Assembly: GCF_006345805.1 (NCBI RefSeq)
Contig: NC_043005.1
Span: 99,386,001-99,450,000 of the forward strand
Reading direction: 5' to 3'
Origin: Octopus sinensis
Taxonomy: Eukaryota
Length of the DNA stretch: 64,000 nt
Part shown: positions 13,870 to 27,372 of the stretch, one piece after another
Layout of the letters: each line of letters starts with the position of its first letter
How positions within the stretch are numbered: the stretch's first letter is position 1
Position numbers and translations under genes: made by a program
Notes under the pieces: generated by a model
Seen by the model: only the letters and a program-made list of their open reading frames with translations
Told to the model about the DNA's origin: nothing
The model's database searches: none

Positions 13870-13891
13870 TACATATACATTATATATGTAC

Positions 13892-13932
<41 letters not shown>

Positions 13933-14096
13933 ATATATGTAGGTACATATATATATATTATGTATATATATATATATATATATAATATGATATATATACA
14001 TACATATAATATACATATATATATATCTCTATATATACATATTATATATTAATATACATGTATATATATATCTCTATATATATATAATTAATATAC

Positions 14097-14129
<33 letters not shown>

Positions 14130-14137
14130 GCTTAACA

Positions 14138-14177
<40 letters not shown>

Positions 14178-14230
14178 TACATAATATATATATACTATAT
14201 ATATATATATATATATATAATATAATAATA
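13870..14230. repeat. (TA)n microsatellite between LINE and foldback
   Basis: Simple repeat run. Confidence 0.95.
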
Positions 14231-14396
14231 AATATTAGGGAATAATCCAAATTTACAGGGAAAAATCAGATTTAGGATTAAATCGATTTTATAGTAAAAT
14301 ATTATAAATATTATTCGAGACAAAACCACTATTTTGCAAAACAAACAGGAAAGACTTAATCAATACATAAATTTTAATAAATAGTCAAAAAAACCG

Positions 14397-14438
14397 CCAC
14401 TACATCGTTTCTTGTCTTGATCGACAATCTTCAGGTGG
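14397..14438 (-). ncRNA. Minimal type-I hammerhead ribozyme motif (left arm)
   Basis: Minus strand: CCAC-CUGAAGA-UUGUC(gaucaa)GACAA-GAAAC(gau)GUA/GUGG, i.e. stem I, intact core, stem II, short stem III and GUA cleavage triplet. Confidence 0.8.
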
Positions 14439-16469
14439 ACTTCCAATCTAAAAATCATATTTTAAAATATAAAAAAATAATAATTTTAAAATATTAAAGT
14501 ATGAATGAAAAAATATAAGTATATATCCATATATAACCTATCTATAATCCATATATAATCAATATATAAACAATATATAAACTAAAAAACCTATCAACAA
14601 TTAAATATAAAATTAAAATATAAAATATAAATCTAAAAATAAATAAAACAAAAAAAAAAAATAATAATAATATAATAATAAACTATATATACACCCATAC
14701 GTATATACTAATTATATATAACCATATCTAACTACATACCTAAAATCACACACCTATATATATTCCCTATACATACACATAAAATGTCTAGGCAACTATA
14801 AATAAATAAAATAGCTAAATACTTCAACACATACTTTTCATACTCCCACACACACACACATACAACCCCCATTCACGCTCTAGAAAACGGACATCACTCA
14901 AAACTATGAACGGAGAAATGGAATAAATGGAATTAAAATTATATTCATTGGTAAAACGAACACTACTTAAAAATTATGAATGAAACAATACAATAAAACA
15001 ACAGACAATCGCAAATAGACACAAATTACTACAAATTCCTTATCAAAACCTACCATGATAACCAAAACTCATAAAAACATATAATGATAAAATCTCCTTT
15101 ACTAAACTCTATAACAAACCTATATAGCAATCCCCCTAACCAAACATTCACACACAATACACACACGTAAACCACACACCCCACGACATATACAATACCC
15201 ACACCACTTACACATACCAATACATACATATAAACCTCAACATATACTCCAAAAACCCACTCAACCCCACACAGACAAATAAACACAAAAATTATGAATG
15301 GATTCTTTTATAAAACTACCATGATAAGCTAAAACTCACAAACAGAAATGATAAAACCTCCCTTTACTAAACACTAAAACATACTTATATAGCAATTCCT
15401 TTAACCTATACATTCCACACAAAAACCACTCGTAAACCACACACCCATAACAAATACAAACTCCCACCCCACTCACACACACCCACAAGTACATATAAGC
15501 CTCAACATATACACCAAACAAAATTACTTTACCAAGGAACTTAACATATATATAAAAAGTATAAACCCTCTGGAAACGAACATCTCTAAATTAATGAATG
15601 GAGAAATGGAATAAATGGAATTAAAAATAAAATTCACGTGGCAAAACGAACACCACTCAAAAATTATGAATGAAACAATATAATAAAACAACCAACATCG
15701 AAAATAGACAAATTACTACGAATTCCCTAAAAAAAACCATGGTTTACGTGTGTGTATTTGTGTGTGAATGTTTAGGTTAGGGGGATTGCTATATAGGTTT
15801 GTTATAGAGTTTAGTAAAGGGAGATTTTATCATTATATGTTTTTATGAGTTTTGGTTATCATGGTAGGTTTGATAAGGAATTTGTAGTAATTTGTGTCTA
15901 TTTGCGATGTCTGTTGTTTTATTGCATTGTTTATTCATATTTTTAAGTAGTGTTCGTTTTACCAAGTGAATATAATTTTTAATTCCATTTATTCCATTCT
16001 CCGTTCATAGTTTTGAGTGATGTCCGTTTTCTAGAGCGTGAATGTGGGTTGTATGTGTGTGTGTGGGAGTATGAATAAGTATTGTGTTGAAGTATTTAGC
16101 TATTTTATTTATTTATAGTTGCCTAGACATTTTTATGTGTATGTATAGGGATATAATATAGGTGTGTGATTTAGTGTATGTAGTTAGATATGGTTATATA
16201 TAATTAGGTATATGCGTATGGGTGTATATATAGTTTATTATTATATTATATATTTTTTTTTGTTTGTTTTATATTTTATATTTTATATTTTATATTTTAT
16301 ATTTAATTGTTGATAGGTTTTTTTAGTTTATATATTGTTTATATATTGATTATATATGGATTATAGATAGGTATATATGGATTATATACTTATATTTTTT
16401 CATTCATACTTTAATTATTTTAAAATTATTATTTTTTTATATTTAAATATTGATTTTTAGATTGGAAGT

Positions 16470-16512
16470 CCACCTGAAGATTGTCGATCAAGACAAGAAA
16501 CGATTGTAGTGG
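16470..16512 (+). ncRNA. Minimal type-I hammerhead ribozyme motif (right arm)
   Basis: CCAC-CTGAAGA-TTGTC(gatcaa)GACAA-GAAACGATTGTA/GTGG; stem III segment ACGAUUGU is self-complementary with G-U pairs. Confidence 0.8.
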
Positions 16513-16605
16513 CGGTTTTTTTTGACTATTTATTAAAATTTATGTATTGATTAAGTCTTTCCTTGTTTGTTTGCAAAAATAGTGGTTTTGTCTCGAATAA
16601 TATTT

Positions 16606-16709
16606 TATATATATATATATATATAACATACATATATATATACATAATATATGTATAGATATATGTATGTATGTATATATATATATGTACATACATACAT
16701 ATAGATATA

Positions 16710-16741
<32 letters not shown>

Positions 16742-16815
16742 AATATACATGTATAATATATATATACATACATATATATACATATATATATGTATATATA
16801 TATATACAATATATA

Positions 16816-16858
<43 letters not shown>

Positions 16859-17062
16859 GTAAATACATACTATCTATATATATATATATATATATGTACA
16901 TACATATATATATATATAATATATATATATATATAATGTACATATATATATATAGAATATATATAATATATATATATATATATGTAATACATATATATGC
17001 ATATATACATATATATATATATATATATTTATATATAAAATATAATGTATATATATATATAT

Positions 17063-17101
<39 letters not shown>

Positions 17102-17150
17102 ATACATATGTATACACATATATATGTATACATACCACACATGCACACAT
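16606..17150. repeat. (TA)n-dominated microsatellite
   Basis: Simple repeat run. Confidence 0.95.
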
Positions 17151-17479
17151 ACAGACAAACCAGTGTACATCTAATATATAATTCTTGTAGTCTGCAGGAC
17201 CTGAAGAAAGATGGATGGCTCCTGGCATCTTTACAAGATTAGCAGAAAAGCCTGCAAGAAAAATCACTGGCCACTGATGTTCCCAATCTGAGTCATTTCT
17301 GTAGCTCAGTGTGCAAACATAATATCCTTCCTCCCCTCCCCCACATCACCTTCCCTCATCCCACTGTAGATTGTCTTCATTGGGACACATTAATTACGTT
17401 CCCTAATTGTTCTGGTTGTTATTGTCTACCAAACAAATGGTCACAAGTGAGATGATTAGCACTAATATTCTACCAGCAC

Positions 17480-17755
17480 TGCCACCACCACCACCACCAC
17501 AAACACCACAACCATTACTGCTACTGTTACAGCCACACTACTACTACTACTATTATTATTATTACTACTACTACTTCTACTACTATTAGAACTGCTGCTG
17601 TTGCTGTTACTAATAACACTACTAACATCACCACCACCACCACCACTCTCACCACTCTCACCACCACCACCACCGCTGCCACCACACTCACCACAACCAC
17701 CACTCTCACCACCACCACCACCACCGCCTCCGCTGCTGCTGCTGTCACTATCTCT
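17480..17755. repeat. Mixed trinucleotide repeats (CAC/TAC/TAT/GCT)
   Basis: Consecutive triplet runs. Confidence 0.85.
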
Positions 17756-18047
17756 ACTAGCATAATTAAAGATGAAGCAAAGGCAGAAATAATATCGCTA
17801 GATATGTTTCCTACATTGCTTCGTTAAGTCAAATTGCCTGAGATCAAATTCCTGTGGAGTTGAATTTGATTTTCACAGTTCAATTGATTGGACCTTTTGA
17901 CATAAATAATTTAGGATCTTCCACAGCAACAACAACAACAAACATTTAGTGATGAATATTTCAGTTTAAAAGTCAGATAATGAAACTGAATTTCTAATCT
18001 TAAGATTTTGTTGAAGGCATTCTCGATTCTTTTAGGGTTTTTTTGTC

Positions 18048-18445
18048 TTTATCTTTCATTAGCTTCAGTCATTTGACTGTGGCCTTGCTGGGACACGACC
18101 TTGAAAAATTGTTTTAGTCAAACAAATTGACCTCAGAGCTTATTTGTTTCAAGCCTAGACCTCATTCTATTAGTCTCTTTTCCTGAACCGCTAAGTTACA
18201 AGGATGTAAACACAGCAACACCAGTTATCAAGTGGTAGTGGAGGACAAAAAGGCAGACACAACAGACACACACACACACACACATATTGCAGGCTTCTTT
18301 CAGTTTCCTTCTACCAAATCTGCTCACAATGCTATGGTCGGCCTGAAGCTATAATTGAAGTCACCTACCCAAGGTACCATGCAGTGGGACTGAACCCAGA
18401 AACATGTAGTTCAGAAGCAAACTTCTTGCCACGTAGTCATGCCTT
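18048..18445 (-). mobile_element. SINE family B (diverged)
   Basis: Reverse complement of the family B head and tail. Confidence 0.8.
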
Positions 18446-18494
18446 ACATCTTGCTGTGATAATAACATTAATTGTTTCAACTGTAGGCAGAAGG

Positions 18495-18680
18495 CCTGAA
18501 ATGTTGTGGGGGTGGTGGCTGGTCTATTACATTGACCCTGATACTTGAACGGTGTTTATTTTCTCAACTCCTAAAAGGATGAAAGACAAAGTTGACTCCA
18601 GCAGAATCTGAACTCAGAATATAAAACCAAAAGAAATGCTACAAATTATTTTGTCCTGTGCCCTAATGACTCTGCCAGCT
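18495..18680 (-). mobile_element. SINE family A (diverged)
   Basis: Reverse-complement core 'gatgaaagacaaagttgac...gaactcag'. Confidence 0.7.
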
Positions 18681-19091
18681 CACTGTCTTAAAATGGTTTC
18701 AAATTTCCACCCAAGGCCAGCAGTTTTATAAGAGGGCCTAAAATCATTGGTTCCCAAAGTGTGCGGTATTGCACACCTCTGGGAGCAGTGGAAAGTTCCA
18801 AGGGGGAGTTGAAGAAAAGTGTGTTGATAATGGGTTCATTAGGTTAAGTTTTGGTCTATGTTCGTTATGGTTAGTTGGGGGTAGGGGTGCTAGGAATGTG
18901 ATCTGGGTGTCAAGGGGGCAGCAGCCTGATAAAGTTTGGGAACCACTGGACTAAATCAATTACATTGGCCCTTCCCCTCCAGTGCTCAACTGGCATTGAA
19001 AAAAGTGAAAGACAAAACTGACCTCAGCAGTATTTGAACCCAGAACCTAAAACTGGAAGAAACGCTGTTAGGCGTCTTGTTTGGGATCTTT

Positions 19092-19335
19092 TATCTTTAA
19101 CTTGTTTCAGTTATTAAACTGTGGCCATGCTGGGTACCGCGTTGGAGAATTTTGGGGAGGTTTTGGTTGACTGAATCGACCACAGTTTTTCTGCTTTTTT
19201 AAATTTTTATTTAAGCCTAGTACTTATTCTATTGGTCTCTTTTGCCAGACTGCTAAGTTACAGGGACATAAAGATACTAACAGCAGTTCTCAACCAGTGG
19301 TGGGGAACAAAAATGGACACAAAAACACACACACA
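19092..19335 (-). mobile_element. SINE family B, 3' half
   Basis: 'ttgtttcagttattaaactgtggccatgctgg' and 'aagcctagtacttattctattggtctc'. Confidence 0.75.
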
Positions 19336-19629
19336 CACACAATTCTGTCAGTTCACCACCATTTTGCTGCTGTGATGATGATGATGACGATGATGATGAT
19401 GATGATAATGATGGTGATGATGATATTTTCTTACACAGGTTCTACAAGATATGTATTTATTGGAAAGCTTGGTTGCTTCTGTCAATTCCTGTATTTGAAT
19501 GGTATTTTATTTTATTGACTTTGGAAGACAAAGTTGGTCCAGGTGGGGTTTGAACTAAGAAGGTAAAGCTTCATAAAGTTGTTTTCTCTGATATTCTGTT
19601 TATTCTATTAATCCAATACCATTGCTGTA

Positions 19630-19885
19630 ATGAAGAAGATGATGACAATGATGGGAAAACTGCGACAGCAGTGGCAAAGATGAAGAAGAAGAAGAAGAAG
19701 AAGGTGGAGGAGAAGAAGAAAAAGAAAGAGAAGAAAAAGGAGGGGAGGAGGAGGAGGAGGAGAAGAAGCAAAATAATAAGAAAAAGGAGGGGGGAGGAGG
19801 AGGAGGAGAAGAAGAAGAGGAAGGTGCAAAAGAAAAAGAAGTAGAAGAGGAAGAAGAAGGAAAAGAAGAGGAAGAAGAAGGAAAA
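19630..19885. repeat. (GAA)n/(GAG)n purine tract
   Basis: Triplet purine runs. Confidence 0.9.
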
Positions 19886-20286
19886 GACTTGGCCTAAGAA
19901 GAGAAACTCTGTCCTCAAATCTTCCCACCCTACAACTCCTTTGACATTGTTATCAAGATGTGGAAGATTACCTAATGTTGGTGCTGGGTCTATCTTCATG
20001 CTAAACTTGGCTAAAAGCTAAATCTGTTCTGCATATAATGGTCATTCAACATAAACCTACAAATCATGTGCAACACAAACCACTGAAGTGGATGTGTTTC
20101 ATGACCTGGTACACATTGTTTAGCCAATGGTAGCTCCAACATGGCCATGCTACTAGTGTTTATTCTAAACAAGCAATGTCTCTTCCCCACTGCTTTTAGC
20201 ATTCAATACAAAAGATTTTTTGGAAATTGTGGCTAATAATCATAATATTGATGGTTCCTGAGATTGGCACAAAGCCAACGAAGGGG

Positions 20287-20395
20287 TACAGGTGATATGA
20301 GAGGTATAAGTGGTGTGTGAAGTACAGGTGATATGAGAGATACAGGTGGTGGGTGAGGTACATATGATGAGTGAGGTATAGATGATGTAGTGGTG
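20287..20395. repeat. 18-bp-period minisatellite (~6 units)
   Basis: Units like tacaggtgatatgagagg / tataagtggtgtgtgaag; minus frame gives HHLYLT-type 6-aa repeats. Confidence 0.75.
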
Positions 20396-21230
20396 ATGGT
20401 GGTGGTGGTGGTGGGGGGGTACAGCTGAGGTGTTTGACTGCCAATACTTCATTTGCTTTCAGTATATTAATAGCAGAAAAATGAGCAGCAAATTCAAACT
20501 GAGTGAGATTTGAACTCGTTTCCAACAGCAATTCTCCTGCATTGCTCTACTGGTTCAACCATTCACCATCAATAAGAACAATAACAATAACATCAACAGC
20601 AATAACAATAATAACATGAACTGGATTTAGAAGAAAATTTAGCTTAATTGCAATATTTGGTGCCAGATTGGCTAAATGGACATTAAACTGACAATGTTCG
20701 AATTGAAAGTCAAAGAAAACGATGAAACCAATTGAGTGGAAGTATAGTGGAAGTGCTTTCTGCAAAGTTCGTGTTGATATATGCACACAGATACATACTT
20801 TTATAGTCCTCTACAACACCCAAGAGACCATTTATACTGCACATAACTCTCTCACTTCATGCACAGTTATGCACAAACCTTCACATCTACATAAACCCAC
20901 ACACATCTGCAGCATGTTCAGAGCAATCATATTGGACTGAAGTCACTGGAACACACAGTTTCACGTGGATGCATTGCTGCACACACTGCATTCTAAATGG
21001 TGTTTTCTATGTATATATATTAGCAACATAGATCTGATGAAGATCTGTTTGAGATACATGAACACAATATCACACATGCACGCAACTGTTGTATACAAAC
21101 GTCCTCTCTCTCTCTCTCACACACAAATTAATTCTAATAAAAATAGACTGCACTTTCCATAATGTTGTGTAAGGAGTCATACTAATGATTAACAGATAAG
21201 GATCTGTATGTATGCATGTATGTATATGTA

Positions 21231-21401
21231 GGTGCAGGAGTAGCTGTGTGGTAAGTAGCATGCTTACCATCCACATGGTTCCGGGTTCAGTCCCACTGTG
21301 CGACACTTTGGGCAAGTGTCTTCTACTATAGCCTTGGGCCGACCAAAGCCTTATGAGTGGATTTGGTAGACGGAAACTCAAAGAAGTCCGTCGTATATAT
21401 G

Positions 21402-21432
<31 letters not shown>

Positions 21433-21640
21433 TTGTGTGTCCGTGTTTGTCCCCCAACATCGCTTGACAACTGATGCGGGTGTGTTTACGTCCCCGTAAC
21501 TTAGTGGTTCGGCAAAACAGACCAATAGAATAAGTACTAGGCTTACAAAGAATAAGTCCTGGGGTCAATTTGTTTGACTAAAGGCAGTGCTCCAGCATGG
21601 CCACAGTCAAATGCCTGAAACAAGTAAAAGAGTAAAGAGT
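21231..21640 (+). mobile_element. SINE family B, full length
   Basis: Complete head, core, internal microsatellite and tail. Confidence 0.92.
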
Positions 21641-22286
21641 ATGTGTGAGCACATGGGCATGTATGCATAAATGTGATTTACATACATTTTACTGAAAGCC
21701 TCGAAGTAGATATAGATAAACACTTTTAGACTCATATACACATATGCATGTTCATGCAGACACATATACATAGGTATGTACCCATGTACAAAATGTGTAA
21801 GTGTGACATTGTTGCATGTAACTACTTTTCTACTGAAACCTAATTTATATACATTAAACTATGTTATTACAATAAATTAATTGGTTGAAATATATATCAC
21901 CTCTCACTCGCTATATTTCCATAGTTTGATGGCAAATAAAAGAAGAAAAAAAAAAGAAATGGAAGGAAGAAAAAAGTTTCTCTACAGTTAAAGGGCAGGA
22001 GGGAGAGAATGAACAGCTATTATTGCCTGGTAAATGGCCACAAAGAACTTCAAAGACTCAGAACCCTAACATCTTACACATATATACAAAAACATACATA
22101 TGGACATATGTACATATATATATATATTTATATATATATATATATATGCATATATATATATATATACTTATATATATACATATATATATATACATATATA
22201 TACATATATATACATACATATATATATATATATACATATATACATACATATAATACATACATATATATACATATATATATACATAC

Positions 22287-22321
<35 letters not shown>

Positions 22322-22331
22322 CATATATATA

Positions 22332-22367
<36 letters not shown>

Positions 22368-22474
22368 GCATATATATATATACATATGCATATATATATA
22401 TACATATGCATATATATATATATATATGCATATATATATACACATATATATATACATATATATACATATATATA

Positions 22475-23507
22475 TAATAATAATAATGTTCGTCCTTCGG
22501 TTCGAAGATGACCAACTGACATCATCTGATGGAACTGCCGCCATGAGACCGGAGGTGGCTGGTGAGGCCAATCCGGGCAAGGAAGCCCCTCCCACAGGTG
22601 GGGCAGAAGTGGGTAGGGGCAGTGCTATTGGTGCAGGCGGCTCTGACTTTACGCATCTGACGTTTCTGCTCCGCTGGCCGAATCCGTCCCTCCTTGGCTG
22701 TCCCTGCTCCCACGGTGATTGCGCTGCACCAGGATGAGCGGTTGGCAGCAAGTGTCTCCCAGGTCTCTGTTCCGATGGAGAAGTCTTTGAGAGAGACCTT
22801 GAGACTATCCTTGTAGCGCTTTTTCTGCCCTCCGACTTTGCGCCTGCCCTGGCCGAGTTCACCGTAGAAGAGCTGTTTTGGGATGCGAGTGTCGGACATG
22901 CGGGAGACGTGGCCCGCCCATCTCAGCTGGGCCTTGCGCATGATTGTGATGGTGCTAGGGAGATCTGCCTGCTTCAGAACTTCCGTGTCTGGGACTTTGT
23001 CCTGCCAGCGAATGTGAAGGAGATTCCGAAGACACCTGAGATGGAAGTGGTTTATCTGGCGCTCGTGCCTTCGGTAAGCAGTCCACGTCTCGCAGCCGTA
23101 TAGTAGGGTGGTAAGCACGACTGCCCGGTAGACTTTCAGCTTGGTGTTGAGGCTGATTCCTCTCCGCTCCCAGACTTTCTTTCGCAGTCTCCCAAACGCG
23201 CTGCTTGCCTTGGAGATTCTGTTGATGGTTTCAGCATCTATGTTGGCATTGCAGGAGAGAGTGCTGCCCAGGTAGGTGAAGTTTTCCACCACTCGGAGGA
23301 TCCGTCCGTTCACCCTTATCTGAGGCTCATGGTATTGTTTGCCGGGGGCTGGCTGAAACATCACTTCGGTTTTCTTTGCACTGATGGTGAGACCGAAGTT
23401 GTCACAGGCTGATGAGAACCTGTCCATCTCGAGCTGCATCTCCTGCTCATCGATTGCATTAAGGGCGCAGTCGTCAGCAAAGAGAAAGTCTCTGACGACT
23501 GTCTCCC
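22475..23507 (-). mobile_element. RTE-clade (BovB-like) LINE, 5'-truncated, in (TA)n
   Basis: Open RT C-terminal half; 3' UTR 'ggtcatcttcgaaccgaaggacgaac' followed by an (ATT)n tail. Confidence 0.95.
22522..23505 (-). CDS. RTE ORF 3' fragment: RT (FADD), post-RT region, C-terminal CxxC-H-H zinc motif; no genuine start
   Basis: [54 protein letters not shown]. The upstream ORF extension is microsatellite read-through. Confidence 0.9.
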   Translation of the reverse strand, partial: ETVVRDFLFADDCALNAIDEQEMQLEMDRFSSACDNFGLTISAKKTEVMFQPAPGKQYHEPQIRVNGRILRVVENFTYLGSTLSCNANIDAETINRISKASSAFGRLRKKVWERRGISLNTKLKVYRAVVLTTLLYGCETWTAYRRHERQINHFHLRCLRNLLHIRWQDKVPDTEVLKQADLPSTITIMRKAQLRWAGHVSRMSDTRIPKQLFYGELGQGRRKVGGQKKRYKDSLKVSLKDFSIGTETWETLAANRSSWCSAITVGAGTAKEGRIRPAEQKRQMRKVRAACTNSTAPTHFCPTCGRGFLARIGLTSHLRSHGGSSIR

Positions 23508-23580
23508 TATATATACATATGCATATATATATATATATATATATATGCATATATATATATACACATATATATATATATAT

Positions 23581-23614
<34 letters not shown>

Positions 23615-24280
23615 CATGTATGTATGTACACACATTTATTCACATATAGATACACACAAATAAATATATATTCACATGCATATACATGTATGTTTTATAC
23701 AAATGCACACATACATGCATAAAGGTTTAGGATTTTACATACAAGCACACACACACGCACACACACACACACGCACACACACACGCACACACACACGCAC
23801 ACACATGTATTCACTTTTATACACATGCATACACATATACTTGAAACTAACATCTGTGAAGTCACATGACCAGTGACACAAGCCAGTCTATATTCCTGCC
23901 AATGATTTCTGCCTCTTCCTTAATAATGGACTTTTCTCTGCACTAAAGATAATACCTCTGCCATGTCCTATAACTAACTACATTGCTGGAGAACCATTGA
24001 AGGTGTCATCTTCATACGTTTTGGATAAATCCATTTTGGAAGGTGTGGCATTACCAGAGGAATGGGTGAATTTTGCACAGCAAGTTGTTATTCCATGTAT
24101 CAATTGTATAATGCATCTACTAGGCACAGGTGTGCTAAACACTGCACTATCACACCACTGTAGTCTTACTGTCTCACTAACCACTATACTTACACTATAT
24201 TGTAGTCCCACCAAACTCAACACTGTCCCATCAAGTTCTACTCTGTCACTACACTGGAGTTTCACTACTCTACCAAACAC

Positions 24281-24488
24281 TGTTTGTGTATCTGTGTTTG
24301 TCCCCACAACATCGCTTGACAACCAATCCTGGTGTGTTTACGTCCCCATAACTTAACAGTTCAGCAAAAGAGACCGATAGAATAAGTACTAGGCTTACAA
24401 AGAATTAGTCCTGAGGTTGATTCGCTCGACTAAAGGTGGTGCTCCAACATGGCCACAGTCAAATGACTGAAACAAGTAAAAGAGTAAA
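24281..24488 (+). mobile_element. SINE family B, 3' half, abutting the mariner remnant
   Basis: 'gtttgtccccacaacatcgcttgacaacc...caaatgactgaaacaagtaaaagagt'. Confidence 0.85.
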
Positions 24489-25130
24489 GGTGATGAGAAA
24501 TGGATTATCTACCGAAATGTTCAGAGAAAGCGATCCTGGAGTAAGTGACATGAGCCACCCTTAGCCACTTCAAAAGCGGGTCTTCACCCTAAAAAAGTCT
24601 TGCTTTGTGTCTGGTGGGATTGGAAAGGAATTCTGTCTATGAGTTTCTCCCAAGTAACCAGATAATTACGAGAAATACTGCACACAACTGGACGAGTTAG
24701 AAGCAACAATTCAAGAGAAGCGTCCAGAATTGGCCAATAGGAAGGTGTTGTTTTCCAACAAGATAATGCGAGACTGCATGTTTCTTTGAGAACCAGAAAA
24801 AAATTGCTACAGCTCAGCTGGGATGTGTTACCCCACCCTCCATATTCACCAGATACTGCTCCTTCAGATTTTGACTTATTCAGGTCTCTGCAGAATAGTC
24901 TTAATTGTAAAAATTTCAATTCCTTGAATGATGTAAAAAGCTAACTTGATGAATTCTTTGCCATGAAACCACCTCAATTCTGGGAAGAAGGTATTTTCAA
25001 GTTAAAGGAAAGATGGAGACGCATTGTGCAACAAAATGGTTTATATTTGGTTGATTAAAAATGTAATGGCAAGTATTTATTGACCTTTTTCTTTCCTTTA
25101 AAATTGGCACGGACTTTCCGGACAACCCAA
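24489..25130 (+). mobile_element. Mariner (DD34D) transposase remnant, 3' half with right TIR
   Basis: GDEKW, LHPKKVLLCVWWDWKG, QQDNAR, HPPYSPDTAPSDF motifs with stops and frameshifts; ends 'cggactttccggacaacccaa' + TA. Confidence 0.92.
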
Positions 25131-25247
25131 TAATTGAATCATACAAGCAAAGCATTAAGGTGGATCACAGGACATCTAAAGAAGACTGATACATAGTGAA
25201 AACAACAACTAAGATAAAGACACCTCTCTGACTAATACAAAATATAT

Positions 25248-25790
25248 AGGTGCAGGAGTGGCTGTGTGTAAGAAGCTTGCTTCTCAGCCACATGGTTCTG
25301 GGTTCAGTCCCACTGCATGGCACTTTGGGCAAGTGTCTTCTACTGTAACCTCAGGCCGACCAAAGCCTTGTGAGTGGATTTGGTAGATGGAAACTGAAAT
25401 GAACCTGTCATATATATAGTTAATCCAAACATGAAAGCACAAAAAAACACAACAATGTGAGGACATGGAACAAATATAGTATTATTGAACGCTCAGGAAA
25501 GAAGGAGGGTTTAACGTTTCGAGCGGAGAAGGAAAGATCCAGAGAAGGGAAGACAGAGGAAAAAAAATCGCCAACGGTACACACGCGGTGTGTGTGTGTA
25601 TTTGTCCCTACCACTATCGCTTGACAACCGATGTTGGTGTGCTTACGTACCCATAACTTAGTGGTTCACTAAAATAGATCAATAAAATAGGTACTAGGCT
25701 TACAAAGAACAAGTCCTGGGGTCAATTTGTTCACCTAAAAGTCGTGTTCCAGCAGGGCCACTGTTAATTGACTGAAACAAATAAAGGAGT
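25248..25790 (+). mobile_element. SINE family B interrupted at its internal microsatellite by a PLE-like fragment
   Basis: Head 25248-25410, 3' half from ~25590, unrelated insert between. Confidence 0.85.
25412..25590 (-). mobile_element. PLE-like terminal fragment with half hammerhead (..GCTC-GAAACGTT-AAAC; CUGANGA absent)
   Basis: Minus strand 25509-25528 reads ctccgctcgaaacgttaaac. Confidence 0.5.
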
Positions 25791-27372
25791 ATAGTCTTCA
25801 TCTCAGAAAATATAGAATTGTATTATTCCTGAACATGTTGTAGTGTTACAAGCACAAGTGTATGTACTTTTGTTAGCTTACAATTCTGACTTTACGACTT
25901 AACTGCTGACCTGTAAAAAATAACAAGAACAAGCTAGCTTGTCCATTATTAAACGTCAGATGAGAATTGTTGATTGTCTTGATCAACCTTGCCATAGACT
26001 CCAGCTCTGATTATGGTCCATGTGCAACAGAATAGTTACTCTTTGTTAGTTTATTCCGCATTAAATTCATCACGCACATCTTGAAAGAGAGTCGTCATCT
26101 TCAGCTCCCAAGAGACAACTAAAGAAGAATATTCCATCGTATTGTTAATGAAGAAATTTGTTGGTGTGACAAACTCAAACAAAAGCACCTCAATCTAAAC
26201 ATTAGTGTCTGCTTCATCACACCATTCTGCACCGATGTCCACATCTTCAGTTTGTGCTGCCAATAAACCAAGTTACCATCAATGGAAATTCTTCTGATTA
26301 GTTAATAAATCAAATTGTATTGTCTTCCTTCGAATTATGGTCAATAGGAATCAAAACAACTTGTTTCTCTATTCTTTCTCTCCTTCCTCCCACCCTACCT
26401 CGACACCACCACCCATCCTTCCACACCACCACAGACACACAGACAGAATTCATAATTCATTATTCAGAAAATAAAAGAAAATTTGAAAAAATAATAAACA
26501 TGAGCTAACCAGAAATATTGAGGGAAAATTATTTTCATAGAGAGTTTCTTCTGTGTATAGTTTTGAATACATTAATGTTTAATTCATAAGGATTGATTCA
26601 AAACCATGACTAGAAGGTGGCGGCGGTGGTGGTGGGGGGAGAGGACAAAGAAAGAAAGGAAGCTGGAAATTTTGTCAGTGTTTTAAACATTTGCAATGTT
26701 ATTTCAGCTTTTCATTTCTCGAATGTTAATTGTGGAAAGATGTAAGCAAACATTGCTTCTTTCACACCCTACCATGCTGAACATGATCATAAAATAGGCA
26801 GGCACGCACACACACACACACACACACAAAAGATATTCATATTCATACAGAAACATACATACACACATACAAACATATGTTCTCTGATTAAAAATATTAG
26901 GTTCAAATATATGCAACTTTGGAGTATGTTCACATGCATTCAAATGCTCACGGGCACACACACACACACACAGACAAAGAGGTTGGAAATGTTCCAAATA
27001 TTGGTGGCTTCACAGATGATAAGTTGCTGTTTTCCCCAGTCACAACCATAACCCCATGCAACAAATCTATTCTGTTATTTGATGTTTCATTTTTCAGTTT
27101 TATTATTATGACTTTGGTACTGTTTCTGCATGTTGTATCACCCAGCTTTCTACCCGATAGACACCCATGCTGGAGTATTAGGGGAGCAATAGTGAGAGTT
27201 GGATAATACTTCTTTATGTTGTTAAAAAGTAAACATGTAAATTCCTGTAAGGGAAGAAGAGCTATGTCCAACAGTAACATAATCTTAATCCAGTCTGTTA
27301 CTACTGGTGTCCAGTTCCTCAGTCTTAGAGCAATGAATGATAAAGTCAATTGTAGCATGATTTAACCCTTAA

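Larger units (their letters stand above)
14306..16605. mobile_element. Foldback element: inverted arms 14306-15174 and 15740-16605, 565-bp spacer of diverged direct sub-repeats; probably Penelope-like (PLE)/retrozyme-derived
   Basis: Arms are reverse complements along their length (e.g. ttattcgagacaaaaccactatt vs aatagtggttttgtctcgaataa). The spacer re-uses 14870-15280 sequence. Each arm holds a hammerhead core. The PLE origin is inferred. Confidence 0.85.

Noticed and set aside
23997-24356. 119-aa ORF with an EGVALPEEW segment
   Set aside because: Only faint RT-like resemblance; the second half is low-complexity sequence plus SINE B read-through.
25882-25910. Candidate minus-strand micro-exon (ttttttacag|GTCAGCAG...AGAATT|gtaagc)
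   Set aside because: Good-looking splice signals, but no neighbouring exons, recognisable peptide or transcript support; such sites arise by chance in 64 kb.
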